A DNA stretch of 64,000 nt from Eledone cirrhosa. Taxonomy: Eukaryota. A program made the translations under genes and the position numbers. The notes under the pieces are model-generated. The model saw only the letters and a list, made by a program, of their open reading frames with translations, did not search any database and was not told where the DNA came from. This document shows, piece by piece, positions 1 to 15,700 of the stretch. The stretch is from NCBI GenBank assembly GCA_964016885.1, contig OZ024742.1, forward strand, positions 78,802,001 through 78,866,000, in the 5' to 3' direction. The first letter of the stretch is position 1; every line of letters starts with the position of its first letter.

Positions 1-2
1 TG

Positions 3-170
3 CACACACACACTTTTTCTCCCCCTATAATACATAAACACACACACACACTTTTTCTCCCCCATCATACATAAACACACATACACACTTTTTCTCCCTC
101 TATCACACATAAACACATACACACTTTTTCTCCCCCTATCATATATAAACACACAATCACACACACTTTC
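3..170. repeat. Degenerate ~40-45-bp minisatellite with embedded (CA)n, probably truncated by the window start
   Basis: About 4 copies of ACAC..ACTTTTTCTCCCCCTATCATACATAAACAC with a variable CA tract. Confidence 0.8.
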
Positions 171-512
171 TCTCATACACACACACATACTCTTTCTCAC
201 TCATACACACATGCTCATGCAGAAGACGCTGAACCTACACAGAAGCACACACACACACACACACACACATACATACATACACAGATATACTTTATCCGTT
301 AGATATAAACGTTGGACACACATGATCAATGTTTAAACACACATGGACATGCCTACACACACATATTCAGATAAACTTGCACACAGATTCACCGAGTTAC
401 CATTTCCACATTAATGTAGATGTATACATACACACATTCTCACACACAACATAGTTTATCTTCAACAAATAAAAATATGATGCACAACAGGTACAGTCTC
501 GCTTGTTCTGCC

Positions 513-700
513 TCTATCTATCTACCTACCTCACTCCCTCTCTCTATCTATCTGTCACACTCCATCGCTCTATCTATCTATCTATCTCACTCCCTCTCTC
601 TACCTACCTATCTCACTCCCTCTATCTATCTATCTCACTCCCTCTCTCTACCTATCTATCTCACTCCCTCTCTCTACCTATCTACCTATCTATCTATCAC
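513..700. repeat. Composite (TCTA)n/(CT)n low-complexity repeat, ~26-30-bp period
   Basis: Repeated TCTATCTATCTCACTCCCTCTCTC motifs immediately 5' of the giant array; explains the 420..743 and 503..733 ORFs. Confidence 0.8.
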
Positions 701-704
701 ACAC

Positions 705-3700
705 ACACAGCACATTACCTACACCCCATCTAGCCAACACTAACTCTACCTGTCTCTCTCTCACACACTCCCACAGCACATTACCATACACCCCATCTAG
801 CCAACACTAACTCTACCTGTCTCTCTCTCTCACACTCCCACAGCACATGACCATACACCCCATCTAGCCAACACTAACTCTACCTGTCTCTCTCTCACAC
901 ACTCCCACAGCACATTACCATACACCCCATCTAGCCAACACTAACTCTACCTGTCTCTCTCTCACACACTCCCACAGCACATTACCATACACCCCATCTA
1001 GCCAACACTAACTCTACCTGTCTCTCTCTCTCACACTCCCACAGCACATGACCATACACCCCATCTAGCCAACACTAACTCTACCTGTCTCTCTCACACA
1101 CTCCCACAGCACATTACCATACACCCCATCTAGCCAACACTAACTCTACCTGTCTCTCTCTCTCACACTCCCACAGCACATGACCATACACCCCATCTAG
1201 CCAACACTAACTCTACCTGTCTCTCTCTCTCACACTCCCACAGCACATGACCATACACCCCATCTAGCCAACACTAACTCTACCTGTCTCTCTCACACAC
1301 TCCCACAGCACATGACCATACACCCCATCTAGCCAACACTAACTCTACCTGTCTCTCTCACACACTCCCACAGCACATTACCATACACCCCATCTAGCCA
1401 ACACTAACTCTACCTGTCTCTCCCTCTCTCACACACTCCCACAGCACATGACCATACACCCCATCTAGCCAACACTAACTCTACCTGTCTCTCTCTCACA
1501 CACTCCCACAGCACATTACCATACACCCCATCTAGCCAACACTAACTCTACCTGTCTCTCTCTCACACACTCCCACAGCACATGACCATACACCCCATCT
1601 AGCCAACACTAACTCTACCTGTCTCTCTCTCACACACTCCCACAGCACATTACCATACACCCCATCTAGCCAACACTAACTCTACCTGTCTCTCTCTCAC
1701 ACACTCCCACAGCACATTACCATACACCCCATCTAGCCAACACTAACTCTACCTGTCTCTCCCTCTCTCACACACTCCCACAGCACATTACCATACACCC
1801 CATCTAGCTAACACTAACTCTACTTGTCTCTCTCTCTCACACTCCCACAGCACATGACCATACACCCCATCTAGCCAACACTAACTCTACCTGTCTCTCC
1901 CTCTCTCACACACTCCCACAGCACATTACCATACACCCCATCTAGCCAACACTAACTCTACCTGTCTCTCCCTCTCTCTCACACTCCCACAGCACATTAC
2001 CATACACCCCATCTAGCCAACACTAACTCTACCTGTCTCTCTCACACACACTCCCACAGCACATGACCATACACCCCATCTAGCCAACACTAACTCTACC
2101 TGTCTCTCTCTCACACACTCCCACAGCACATTACCATACACCCCATCTAGCCAACATTAACTCTACCTGTCTCTCTCTCTCACACTCCCACAGCACATGA
2201 CCATACACCCCATCTAGCCAACACTAACTCTACCTGTCTCTCCCTCTCTCACACACTCCCACAGCACATGACCATACACCCCATCTAGCCAACACTAACT
2301 CTACCTGTCTCTCTCTCACACACTCCCACAGCACATTACCATACACCCCATCTAGCCAACATTAACTCTACCTGTCTCTCTCTCTCACACTCCCACAGCA
2401 CATGACCATACACCCCATCTAGCTAACACTAACTCTACTTGTCTCTCTCTCACACACTCCCACAGCACATGACCATACACCCCATCTAGCCAACACTAAC
2501 TCTACCTGTCTCTCTCACACACACTCCCACAGCACATGACCATACACCCCATCTAGCCAACACTAACTCTACCTGTCTCTCACACACACTCCCACAGCAC
2601 ATGACCATACACCCCATCTAGCCAACACTAACTCTACCTGTCTCTCTCTCTCACACTCCCACAGCACATGACCATACACCCCATCTAGCCAACACTAACT
2701 CTACCTGTCTCTCCCTCTCTCACACACTCCCACAGCACATTACCATACACCCCATCTAGCTAACACTAACTCTACTTGTCTCTCTCTCTCACACTCCCAC
2801 AGCACATGACCATACACCCCATCTAGCCAACACTAACTCTACCTGTCTCTCCCTCTCTCACACACTCCCACAGCACATGACCATACACCCCATCTAGCCA
2901 ACACTAACTCTACCTGTCTCTCCCTCTCACACTCCCACAGCACATTACCATACACCCCATCTAGCCAACACTAACTCTACCTGTCTCTCCCTCTCTCACA
3001 CACTCCCACAGCACATGACCATACACCCCATCTAGCCAACACTAACTCTACCTGTCTCTCCCTCTCACACACACTCCCACAGCACATTACCATACACCCC
3101 ATCTAGCCAACACTAACTCTACCTGTCTCTCCCTCTCACACTCCCACAGCACATGACCATACACCCCATCTAGCCAACACTAACTCTACCTGTCTCTCCC
3201 TCTCACACACACTCCCACAGCACATTACCATACACCCCATCTAGCCAACACTAACTCTACCTGTCTCTCCCTCTCACACTCCCACAGCACATGACCATAC
3301 ACCCCATCTAGCCAACACTAACTCTACCTGTCTCTCCCTCTCTCACACACTCCCACAGCACATTACCATACACCCCATCTAGCCAACACTAACTCTACCT
3401 GTCTCTCCCTCTCTCACACACTCCCACAGCACATGACCATACACCCCATCTAGCCAACACTAACTCTACCTGTCTCTCTCTCACACACTCCCACAGCACA
3501 TTACCATACACCCCATCTAGCCAACACTAACTCTACCTGTCTCTCTCTCACACACTCCCACAGCACATTACCATACACCCCATCTAGCCAACACTAACTC
3601 TACCTGTCTCTCTCTCACACACTCCCACAGCACATTACCATACACCCCATCTAGCCAACACTAACTCTACCTGTCTCTCCCTCTCTCACACACTCCCACA

Positions 3701-6700
3701 GCACATGACCATACACCCCATCTAGCCAACACTAACTCTACCTGTCTCTCCCTCTCTCACACACTCCCACAGCACATGACCATACACCCCATCTAGCCAA
3801 CACTAACTCTACCTGTCTCTCTCTCACACACTCCCACAGCACATTACCATACACCCCATCTAGCCAACACTAACTCTACCTGTCTCTCCCTCTCTCACAC
3901 ACTCCCACAGCACATGACCATACACCCCATCTAGCCAACACTAACTCTACCTGTCTCTCCCTCTCACACACACTCCCACAGCACATGACCATACACCCCA
4001 TCTAGCCAACACTAACTCTACCTGTCTCTCCCTCTCTCACACACTCCCACAGCACATGACCATACACCCCATCTAGCCAACACTAACTCTACCTGTCTCT
4101 CTCTCTCACACTCCCACAGCACATTACCATACACCCCATCTAGCCAACACTAACTCTACCTGTCTCTCCCTCTCTCACACACTCCCACAGCACATGACCA
4201 TACACCCCATCTAGCCAACACTAACTCTACCTGTCTCTCCCTCTCTCACACACTCCCACAGCACATTACCATACACCCCATCTAGCCAACACTAACTCTA
4301 CCTGTCTCTCTCTCACACACTCCCACAGCACATGACCATACACCCCATCTAGCCAACACTAACTCTACCTGTCTCTCCCTCTCTCTCACACTCCCACAGC
4401 ACATGACCATACACCCCATCTAGCCAACACTAACTCTACCTGTCTCTCTCTCACACACTCCCACAGCACATTACCATACACCCCATCTAGCCAACACTAA
4501 CTCTACCTGTCTCTCCCTCTCTCTCACACTCCCACAGCACATGACCATACACCCCATCTAGCCAACACTAACTCTACCTGTCTCTCCCTCTCTCACACAC
4601 TCCCACAGCACATGACCATACACCCCATCTAGCCAACACTAACTCTACCTGTCTCTCCCTCTCTCACACACTCCCACAGCACATTACCATACACCCCATC
4701 TAGCCAACACTAACTCTACCTGTCTCTCTCTCACACACTCCCACAGCACATTACCATACACCCCATCTAGCCAACACTAACTCTACCTGTCTCTCCCTCT
4801 CTCTCACACTCCCACAGCACATGACCATACACCCCATCTAGCCAACACTAACTCTACCTGTCTCTCCCTCTCTCACACACTCCCACAGCACATTACCATA
4901 CACCCCATCTAGCCAACACTAACTCTACCTGTCTCTCTCACACACTCCCACAGCACATTACCATACACCCCATCTAGCCAACACTAACTCTACCTGTCTC
5001 TCTCTCACACACTCCCACAGCACATGACCATACACCCCATCTAGCCAACACTAACTCTACCTGTCTCTCTCTCACACACTCCCACAGCACATGACCATAC
5101 ACCCCATCTAGCCAACACTAACTCTCCCTCTCTCACACACTCCCACAGCACATGACCATACACCCCATCTAGCCAACACTAACTCTACCTGTCTCTCCCT
5201 CTCACACTCCCACAGCACATTACCATACACCCCATCTAGCCAACACTAACTCTACCTGTCTCTCTCACACACACTCCCACAGCACATGACCATACACCCC
5301 ATCTAGCCAACACTAACTCTACCTGTCTCTCTCTCACACACTCCCACAGCACATGACCATACACCCCATCTAGCCAACACTAACTCTACCTGTCTCTCCC
5401 TCTCTCACACACTCCCACAGCACATGACCATACACCCCATCTAGCCAACACTAACTCTACCTGTCTCTCCCTCTCACACACACTCCCACAGCACATTACC
5501 ATACACCCCATCTAGCCAACACTAACTCTACCTGTCTCTCCCTCTCACACTCCCACAGCACATGACCATACACCCCATCTAGCCAACACTAACTCTACCT
5601 GTCTCTCCCTCTCACACACACTCCCACAGCACATTACCATACACCCCATCTAGCCAACACTAACTCTACCTGTCTCTCCCTCTCACACTCCCACAGCACA
5701 TGACCATACACCCCATCTAGCCAACACTAACTCTACCTGTCTCTCCCTCTCACACACACTCCCACAGCACATTACCATACACCCCATCTAGCCAACACTA
5801 ACTCTACCTGTCTCTCCCTCTCACACACACTCCCACAGCACATGACCATACACCCCATCTAGCCAACACTAACTCTACCTGTCTCTCCCTCTCACACACA
5901 CTCCCACAGCACATTACCATACACCCCATCTAGCCAACACTAACTCTACCTGTCTCTCCCTCTCACACACACTCCCACAGCACATGACCATACACCCCAT
6001 CTAGCCAACACTAACTCTACCTGTCTCTCCCTCTCACACACACTCCCACAGCACATTACCATACACCCCATCTAGCCAACACTAACTCTACCTGTCTCTC
6101 TCTCACACACTCCCACAGCACATTACCATACACCCCATCTAGCCAACACTAACTCTACCTGTCTCTCCCTCTCTCACACACTCCCACAGCACATTACCAT
6201 ACACCCCATCTAGCCAACACTAACTCTACCTGTCTCTCCCTCTCACACTCCCACAGCACATTACCATACACCCCATCTAGCCAACACTAACTCTACCTGT
6301 CTCTCTCACACACACTCCCACAGCACATGACCATACACCCCATCTAGCCAACACTAACTCTACCTGTCTCTCCCTCTCACACTCCCACAGCACATTACCA
6401 TACACCCCATCTAGCCAACACTAACTCTACCTGTCTCTCCCTCTCACACACACTCCCACAGCACATGACCATACACCCCATCTAGCCAACACTAACTCTA
6501 CCTGTCTCTCCCTCTCTCACACACTCCCACAGCACATTACCATACACCCCATCTAGCCAACACTAACTCTACCTGTCTCTCCTCTCTCACACACTCCCAC
6601 AGCACATGACCATACACCCCATCTAGCCAACACTAACTCTACCTGTCTCTCCCTCTCTCACACACTCCCACAGCACATGACCATACACCCCATCTAGCCA

Positions 6701-9700
6701 ACACTAACTCTACCTGTCTCTCTCTCACACACTCCCACAGCACATGACCATACACCCCATCTAGCCAACACTAACTCTACCTGTCTCTCTCACACACACT
6801 CCCACAGCACATTACCATACACCCCATCTAGCCAACACTAACTCTACCTGTCTCTCTCTCACACACTCCCACAGCACATTACCATACACCCCATCTAGCC
6901 AACACTAACTCTACCTGTCTCTCTCTCACACACTCCCACAGCACATGACCATACACCCCATCTAGCCAACACTAACTCTACCTGTCTCTCTCTCACACAC
7001 TCCCACAGCACATTACCATACACCCCATCTAGCCAACACTAACTCTACCTGTCTCTCTCACACACTCCCACAGCACATTACCATACACCCCATCTAGCCA
7101 ACACTAACTCTACCTGTCTCTCTCTCACACACTCCCACAGCACATTACCATACACCCCATCTAGCCAACACTAACTCTACCTGTCTCTCTCTCACACACT
7201 CCCACAGCACATTACCATACACCCCATCTAGCCAACACTAACTCTACCTGTCTCTCTCACACACTCCCACAGCACATGACCATACACCCCATCTAGCCAA
7301 CACTAACTCTACCTGTCTCTCCCTCTCTCACACACTCCCACAGCACATGACCATACACCCCATCTAGCCAACACTAACTCTACCTGTCTCTCTCTCACAC
7401 ACTCCCACAGCACATTACCATACACCCCATCTAGCCAACACTAACTCTACCTGTCTCTCTCACACACACTCCCACAGCACATTACCATACACCCCATCTA
7501 GCCAACACTAACTCTACCTGTCTCTCTCTCACACACTCCCACAGCACATTACCATACACCCCATCTAGCCAACACTAACTCTACCTGTCTCTCTCACACA
7601 CACTCCCACAGCACATGACCATACACCCCATCTAGCCAACACTAACTCTACCTGTCTCTCTCTCACACACTCCCACAGCACATTACCATACACCCCATCT
7701 AGCCAACACTAACTCTACCTGTCTCTCTCTCACACACTCCCACAGCACATGACCATACACCCCATCTAGCCAACACTAACTCTACCTGTCTCTCTCTCAC
7801 ACACTCCCACAGCACATGACCATACACCCCATCTAGCCAACACTAACTCTACCTGTCTCTCTCACACACACTCCCACAGCACATTACCATACACCCCATC
7901 TAGCCAACACTAACTCTACCTGTCTCTCTCTCTCACACACTCCCACAGCACATTACCATACACCCCATCTAGCCAACACTAACTCTACCTGTCTCTCTCT
8001 CACACACTCCCACAGCACATGACCATACACCCCGTCTAGCCAACACTAACTCTACCTGTCTCTCTCTCTCACACTCCCACAGCACATTACCATACACCCC
8101 ATCTAGCCAACACTAACTCTACCTGTCTCTCTCTCACACACTCCCACAGCACATTACCATACACCCCATCTAGCCAACACTAACTCTACCTGTCTCTCTC
8201 ACACACACTCCCACAGCACATGACCATACACCCCATCTAGCCAACACTAACTCTACCTGTCTCTCTCTCACACACTCCCACAGCACATTACCATACACCC
8301 CATCTAGCCAACACTAACTCTACCTGTCTCTCTCTCACACACTCCCACAGCACATGACCATACACCCCATCTAGCCAACACTAACTCTACCTGTCTCTCT
8401 CTCACACACTCCCACAGCACATGACCATACACCCCATCTAGCCAACACTAACTCTACCTGTCTCTCTCTCACACACTCCCACAGCACATGACCATACACC
8501 CCATCTAGCCAACACTAACTCTACCTGTCTCTCTCTCTCACACTCCCACAGCACATTACCATACACCCCATCTAGCCAACACTAACTCTACCTTGTCTCT
8601 CTCTCACACACTCCCACAGCACATGACCATACACCCCGTCTAGCCAACACTAACTCTACCTGTCTCTCTCTCTCACACTCCCACAGCACATTACCATACA
8701 CCCCATCTAGCCAACACTAACTCTACCTGTCTCTCTCTCTCACACACTCCCACAGCACATTACCATACACCCCATCTAGCCAACACTAACTCTACCTGTC
8801 TCTCTCTCTCACACTCCCACAGCACATTACCATACACCCCATCTAGCCAACACTAACTCTACTTGTCTCTCTCTCACACACTCCCACAGCACATGACCAT
8901 ACACCCCGTCTAGCCAACACTAACTCTACCTGTCTCTCTCTCTCACACACTCCCACAGCACATTACCATACACCCCATCTAGCCAACACTAACTCTACCT
9001 GTCTCTCTCTCTCACACACTCCCACAGCACATTACCATACACCCCATCTAGCTAACACTAACTCTACCTGTCTCTCTCTCACTCCCACAGCACATGACCA
9101 TACACCCCATCTAGCCAACACTAACTCTACCTGTCTCTCTCTCACACACTCCCACAGCACATGACCATACACCCCATCTAGCCAACACTAACTCTACCTG
9201 TCTCTCACACACACTCCCACAGCACATGACCATACACCCCGTCTAGCCAACACTAACTCTACCTGTCTCTCTCTCTCACACACTCCCACAGCACATGACC
9301 ATACACCCCGTCTAGCCAACACTAACTCTACCTGTCTCTCTCTCTCACACACTCCCACAGCACATTACCATACACCCCATCTAGCTAACACTAACTCTAC
9401 CTGTCTCTCTCTCACCTCCCACAGCACATGACCATACACCCCATCTAGCCAACACTAACTCTACCTGTCTCTCTCTCACACACTCCCACAGCACATTACC
9501 ATACACCCCATCTAGCCAACACTAACTCTACCTGTCTCTCTCTCACACACTCCCACAGCACATTACCATACACCCCATCTAGCCAACACTAACTCTACCT
9601 GTCTCTCTCTCTCACACTCCCACAGCACATTACCATACACCCCATCTAGCCAACACTAACTCTACCTGTCTCTCCTCTCTCACACACTCCCACAGCACAT

Positions 9701-12700
9701 TACCATACACCCCATCTAGCCAACACTAACTCTACCTGTCTCTCTCACACACACTCCCACAGCACATTACCATACACCCCATCTAGCCAACACTAACTCT
9801 ACCTGTCTCTCTCTCACACACTCCCACAGCAATTACCATACACCCCATCTAGCCAACACTAACTCTACCTGTCTCTCTCTCACACACTCCCACAGCACAT
9901 TACCATACACCCCATCTAGCCAACACTAACTCTACCTGTCTCTCTCTCACACACTCCCACAGCACATGACCATACACCCCATCTAGCCAACACTAACTCT
10001 ACCTGTCTCTCCTCTCTCACACACTCCCACAGCACATTACCATACACCCCATCTAGCCAACACTAACTCTACCTGTCTCTCTCACACACACTCCCACAGC
10101 ACATGACCATACACCCCATCTAGCCAACACTAACTCTACCTGTCTCTCACACACTCCCACAGCACATTACCATACACCCCATCTAGCCAACACTAACTCT
10201 ACCTGTCTCTCCTCTCTCACACACTCCCACAGCACATGACCATACACCCCATCTAGCCAACACTAACTCTACCTGTCTCTCTCTCACACACTCCCACAGC
10301 ACATGACCATACACCCCATCTAGCCAACACTAACTCTACCTGTCTCTCTCTCACACACTCCCACAGCACATTACCATACACCCCATCTAGCCAACACTAA
10401 CTCTACCTGTCTCTCTCACACACACTCCCACAGCACATTACCATACACCCCATCTAGCCAACACTAACTCTACCTGTCTCTCTCACACACACTCCCACAG
10501 CACATTACCATACACCCCATCTAGCCAACACTAACTCTACCTGTCTCTCCCTCTCTCACACACTCCCACAGCACATGACCATACACCCCATCTAGCCAAC
10601 ACTAACTCTACCTGTCTCTCTCTCACACACTCCCACAGCACATTACCATACACCGCATCTAGCCAACACTAACTCTACCTGTCTCTCACACACTCCCACA
10701 GCACATTACCATACACCCCATCTAGCCAACACTAACTCTACCTGTCTCTCTCTCACACACTCCCACAGCACATTACCATACACCCCATCTAGCCAACACT
10801 AACTCTACCTGTCTCTCTCACACACACTCCCACAGCACATTACCATACACCCCATCTAGCCAACACTAACTCTACCTGTCTCTCACACACTCCCACAGCA
10901 CATGACCATACACCCCATCTAGCCAACACTAACTCTACCTGTCTCTCACACACTCCCACAGCACATTACCATACACCCCATCTAGCCAACACTAACTCTA
11001 CCTGTCTCTCTCTCACACACTCCCACAGCACATTACCATACACCCCATCTAGCCAACACTAACTCTACCTGTCTCTCTCTCACACACTCCCACAGCACAT
11101 TACCATACACCCCATCTAGCCAACACTAACTCTACCTGTCTCTCTCTCACACACTCCCACAGCACATTACCATACACCCCATCTAGCCAACACTAACTCT
11201 ACCTGTCTCTCTCACACACTCCCACAGCACATGACCATACACCCCATCTAGCCAACACTAACTCTACCTGTCTCTCACACACTCCCACAGCACATTACCA
11301 TACACCCCATCTAGCCAACACTAACTCTACCTGTCTCTCTCACACACACTCCCACAGCACATTACCATACACCCCATCTAGCCAACACTAACTCTACCTG
11401 TCTCTCTCACACACACTCCCACAGCACATTACCATACACCCCATCTAGCCAACACTAACTCTACCTGTCTCTCTCTCACACACTCCCACAGCACATTACC
11501 ATACACCCCATCTAGCCAACACTAACTCTACCTGTCTCTCTCACACACACTCCCACAGCACATTACCATACACCCCATCTAGCCAACACTAACTCTACCT
11601 GTCTCTCTCTCACACACTCCCACAGCACATTACCATACACCCCATCTAGCCAACACTAACTCTACCTGTCTCTCTCACACACACTCCCACAGCACATGAC
11701 CATACACCCCATCTAGCCAACACTAACTCTACCTGTCTCTCTCACACACACTCCCACAGCACATGACCATACACCCCATCTAGCCAACACTAACTCTACC
11801 TGTCTCTCTCACACACACTCCCACAGCACATTACCATACACCCCATCTAGCCAACACTAACTCTACCTGTCTCTCTCTCACACACTCCCACAGCACATTA
11901 CCATACACCCCATCTAGCCAACACTAACTCTACCTGTCTCTCTCACACACACTCCCACAGCACATGACCATACACCCCATCTAGCCAACACTAACTCTAC
12001 CTGTCTCTCTCACACACACTCCCACAGCACATGACCATACACCCCATCTAGCCAACACTAACTCTACCTGTCTCTCTCACACACACTCCCACAGCACATT
12101 ACCATACACCCCATCTAGCCAACACTAACTCTACCTGTCTCTCTCTCACACACTCCCACAGCACATTACCATACACCCCATCTAGCCAACACTAACTCTA
12201 CCTGTCTCTCTCACACACACTCCCACAGCACATGACCATACACCCCATCTAGCCAACACTAACTCTACCTGTCTCTCTCACACACACTCCCACAGCACAT
12301 GACCATACACCCCATCTAGCCAACACTAACTCTACCTGTCTCTCTCACACACACTCCCACAGCACATTACCATACACCCCATCTAGCCAACACTAACTCT
12401 ACCTGTCTCTCTCTCACACACTCCCACAGCACATTACCATACACCCCATCTAGCCAACACTAACTCTACCTGTCTCTCTCACACACACTCCCACAGCACA
12501 TGACCATACACCCCATCTAGCCAACACTAACTCTACCTGTCTCTCTCACACACACTCCCACAGCACATTACCATACACCCCATCTAGCCAACACTAACTC
12601 TACCTGTCTCTCTCTCACACACTCCCACAGCACATTACCATACACCCCATCTAGCCAACACTAACTCTACCTGTCTCTCTCACACACACTCCCACAGCAC

Positions 12701-15700
12701 ATTACCATACACCCCATCTAGCCAACACTAACTCTACCTGTCTCTCTCTCACACACTCCCACAGCACATGACCATACACCCCATCTAGCCAACACTAACT
12801 CTACCTGTCTCTCTCTCACACACTCCCACAGCACATTACCATACACCCCATCTAGCCAACACTAACTCTACCTGTCTCTCTCACACACACTCCCACAGCA
12901 CATGACCATACACCCCATCTAGCCAACACTAACTCTACCTGTCTCTCTCACACACTCCCACAGCACATGACCATACACCCCATCTAGCCAACACTAACTC
13001 TACCTGTCTCTCTCACACACACTCCCACAGCACATTACCATACACCCCATCTAGCCAACACTAACTCTACCTGTCTCTCTCACACACTCCCACAGCACAT
13101 GACCATACACCCCATCTAGCCAACACTAACTCTACCTGTCTCTCTCACACACACTCCCACAGCACATTACCATACACCCCATCTAGCCAACACTAACTCT
13201 ACCTGTCTCTCTCACACACTCCCACAGCACATGACCATACACCCCATCTAGCCAACACTAACTCTACCTGTCTCTCTCACACACTCCCACAGCACATGAC
13301 CATACACCCCATCTAGCCAACACTAACTCTACCTGTCTCTCTCTCACACACTCCCACAGCACATGACCATACACCCCATCTAGCCAACACTAACTCTACC
13401 TGTCTCTCCCTCTCTCACACACTCCCACAGCACATTACCATACACCCCATCTAGCCAACACTAACTCTACCTGTCTCTCCCTCTCTCACACACTCCCACA
13501 GCACATGACCATACACCCCATCTAGCCAACACTAACTCTACCTGTCTCTCTCTCTCACACTCCCACAGCACATTACCATACACCCCATCTAGCCAACACT
13601 AACTCTACCTGTCTCTCTCTCTCACACTCCCACAGCACATGACCATACACCCCATCTAGCCAACACTAACTCTACCTGTCTCTCTCTCTCACACTCCCAC
13701 AGCACATTACCATACACCGCATCTAGCCAACACTAACTCTACCTGTCTCTCTCACACACACTCCCACAGCACATTACCATACACCCCATCTAGCCAACAC
13801 TAACTCTACCTGTCTCTCACACACTCCCACAGCACATTACCATACACCCCATCTAGCCAACACTAACTCTACCTGTCTCTCTCACACACACTCCCACAGC
13901 ACATGACCATACACCCCATCTAGCCAACACTAACTCTACCTGTCTCTCCCTCTCACACACACTCCCACAGCACATTACCATACACCCCATCTAGCCAACA
14001 CTAACTCTACCTGTCTCTCTCTCACACACTCCCACAGCACATGACCATACACCCCATCTAGCCAACACTAACTCTACCTGTCTCTCTCACACACTCCCAC
14101 AGCACATGACCATACACCCCATCTAGCCAACACTAACTCTACCTGTCTCTCTCTCACACACTCCCACAGCACATGACCATACACCCCATCTAGCCAACAC
14201 TAACTCTACCTGTCTCTCTCTCACACACTCCCACAGCACATTACCATACACCCCATCTAGCCAACACTAACTCTACCTGTCTCTCACACACTCCCACAGC
14301 ACATGACCATACACCCCATCTAGCCAACACTAACTCTACCTGTCTCTCACACACTCCCACAGCACATTACCATACACCCCATCTAGCCAACACTAACTCT
14401 ACCTGTCTCTCTCACACACACTCCCACAGCACATGACCATACACCCCATCTAGCCAACACTAACTCTACCTGTCTCTCCCTCTCACACACACTCCCACAG
14501 CACATTACCATACACCCCATCTAGCCAACACTAACTCTACCTGTCTCTCTCACACACTCCCACAGCACATGACCATACACCCCATCTAGCCAACACTAAC
14601 TCTACCTGTCTCTCCCTCTCTCACACACTCCCACAGCACATTACCATACACCCCATCTAGCCAACACTAACTCTACCTGTCTCTCCCTCTCTCACACACT
14701 CCCACAGCACATGACCATACACCCCATCTAGCCAACACTAACTCTACCTGTCTCTCTCTCTCACACTCCCACAGCACATGACCATACACCCCATCTAGCC
14801 AACACTAACTCTACCTGTCTCTCACACACACACTCCCACAGCACATTACCATACACCCCATCTAGCCAACACTAACTCTACCTGTCTCTCTCTCACACAC
14901 TCCCACAGCACATGACCATACACCCCATCTAGCCAACACTAACTCTACCTGTCTCTCTCTCTCACACTCCCACAGCACATTACCATACACCCCATCTAGC
15001 CAACACTAACTCTACCTGTCTCTCTCACACACTCCCACAGCACATGACCATACACCCCATCTAGCCAACACTAACTCTACCTGTCTCTCCCTCTCTCACA
15101 CACTCCCACAGCACATTACCATACACCCCATCTAGCCAACACTAACTCTACCTGTCTCTCCCTCTCTCACACACTCCCACAGCACATGACCATACACCCC
15201 ATCTAGCCAACACTAACTCTACCTGTCTCTCTCTCTCACACTCCCACAGCACATGACCATACACCCCATCTAGCCAACACTAACTCTACCTGTCTCTCAC
15301 ACACACACTCCCACAGCACATGACCATACACCCCATCTAGCCAACACTAACTCTACCTGTCTCTCTCTCACACACTCCCACAGCACATGACCATACACCC
15401 CATCTAGCCAACACTAACTCTACCTGTCTCTCTCTCACACACTCCCACAGCACATGACCATACACCCCATCTAGCCAACACTAACTCTACCTGTCTCTCT
15501 CACACACACTCCCACAGCACATGACCATACACCCCATCTAGCCAACACTAACTCTACCTGTCTCTCTCTCTCACACTCCCACAGCACATTACCATACACC
15601 GCATCTAGCCAACACTAACTCTACCTGTCTCTCTCACACACACTCCCACAGCACATTACCATACACCCCATCTAGCCAACACTAACTCTACCTGTCTCTC

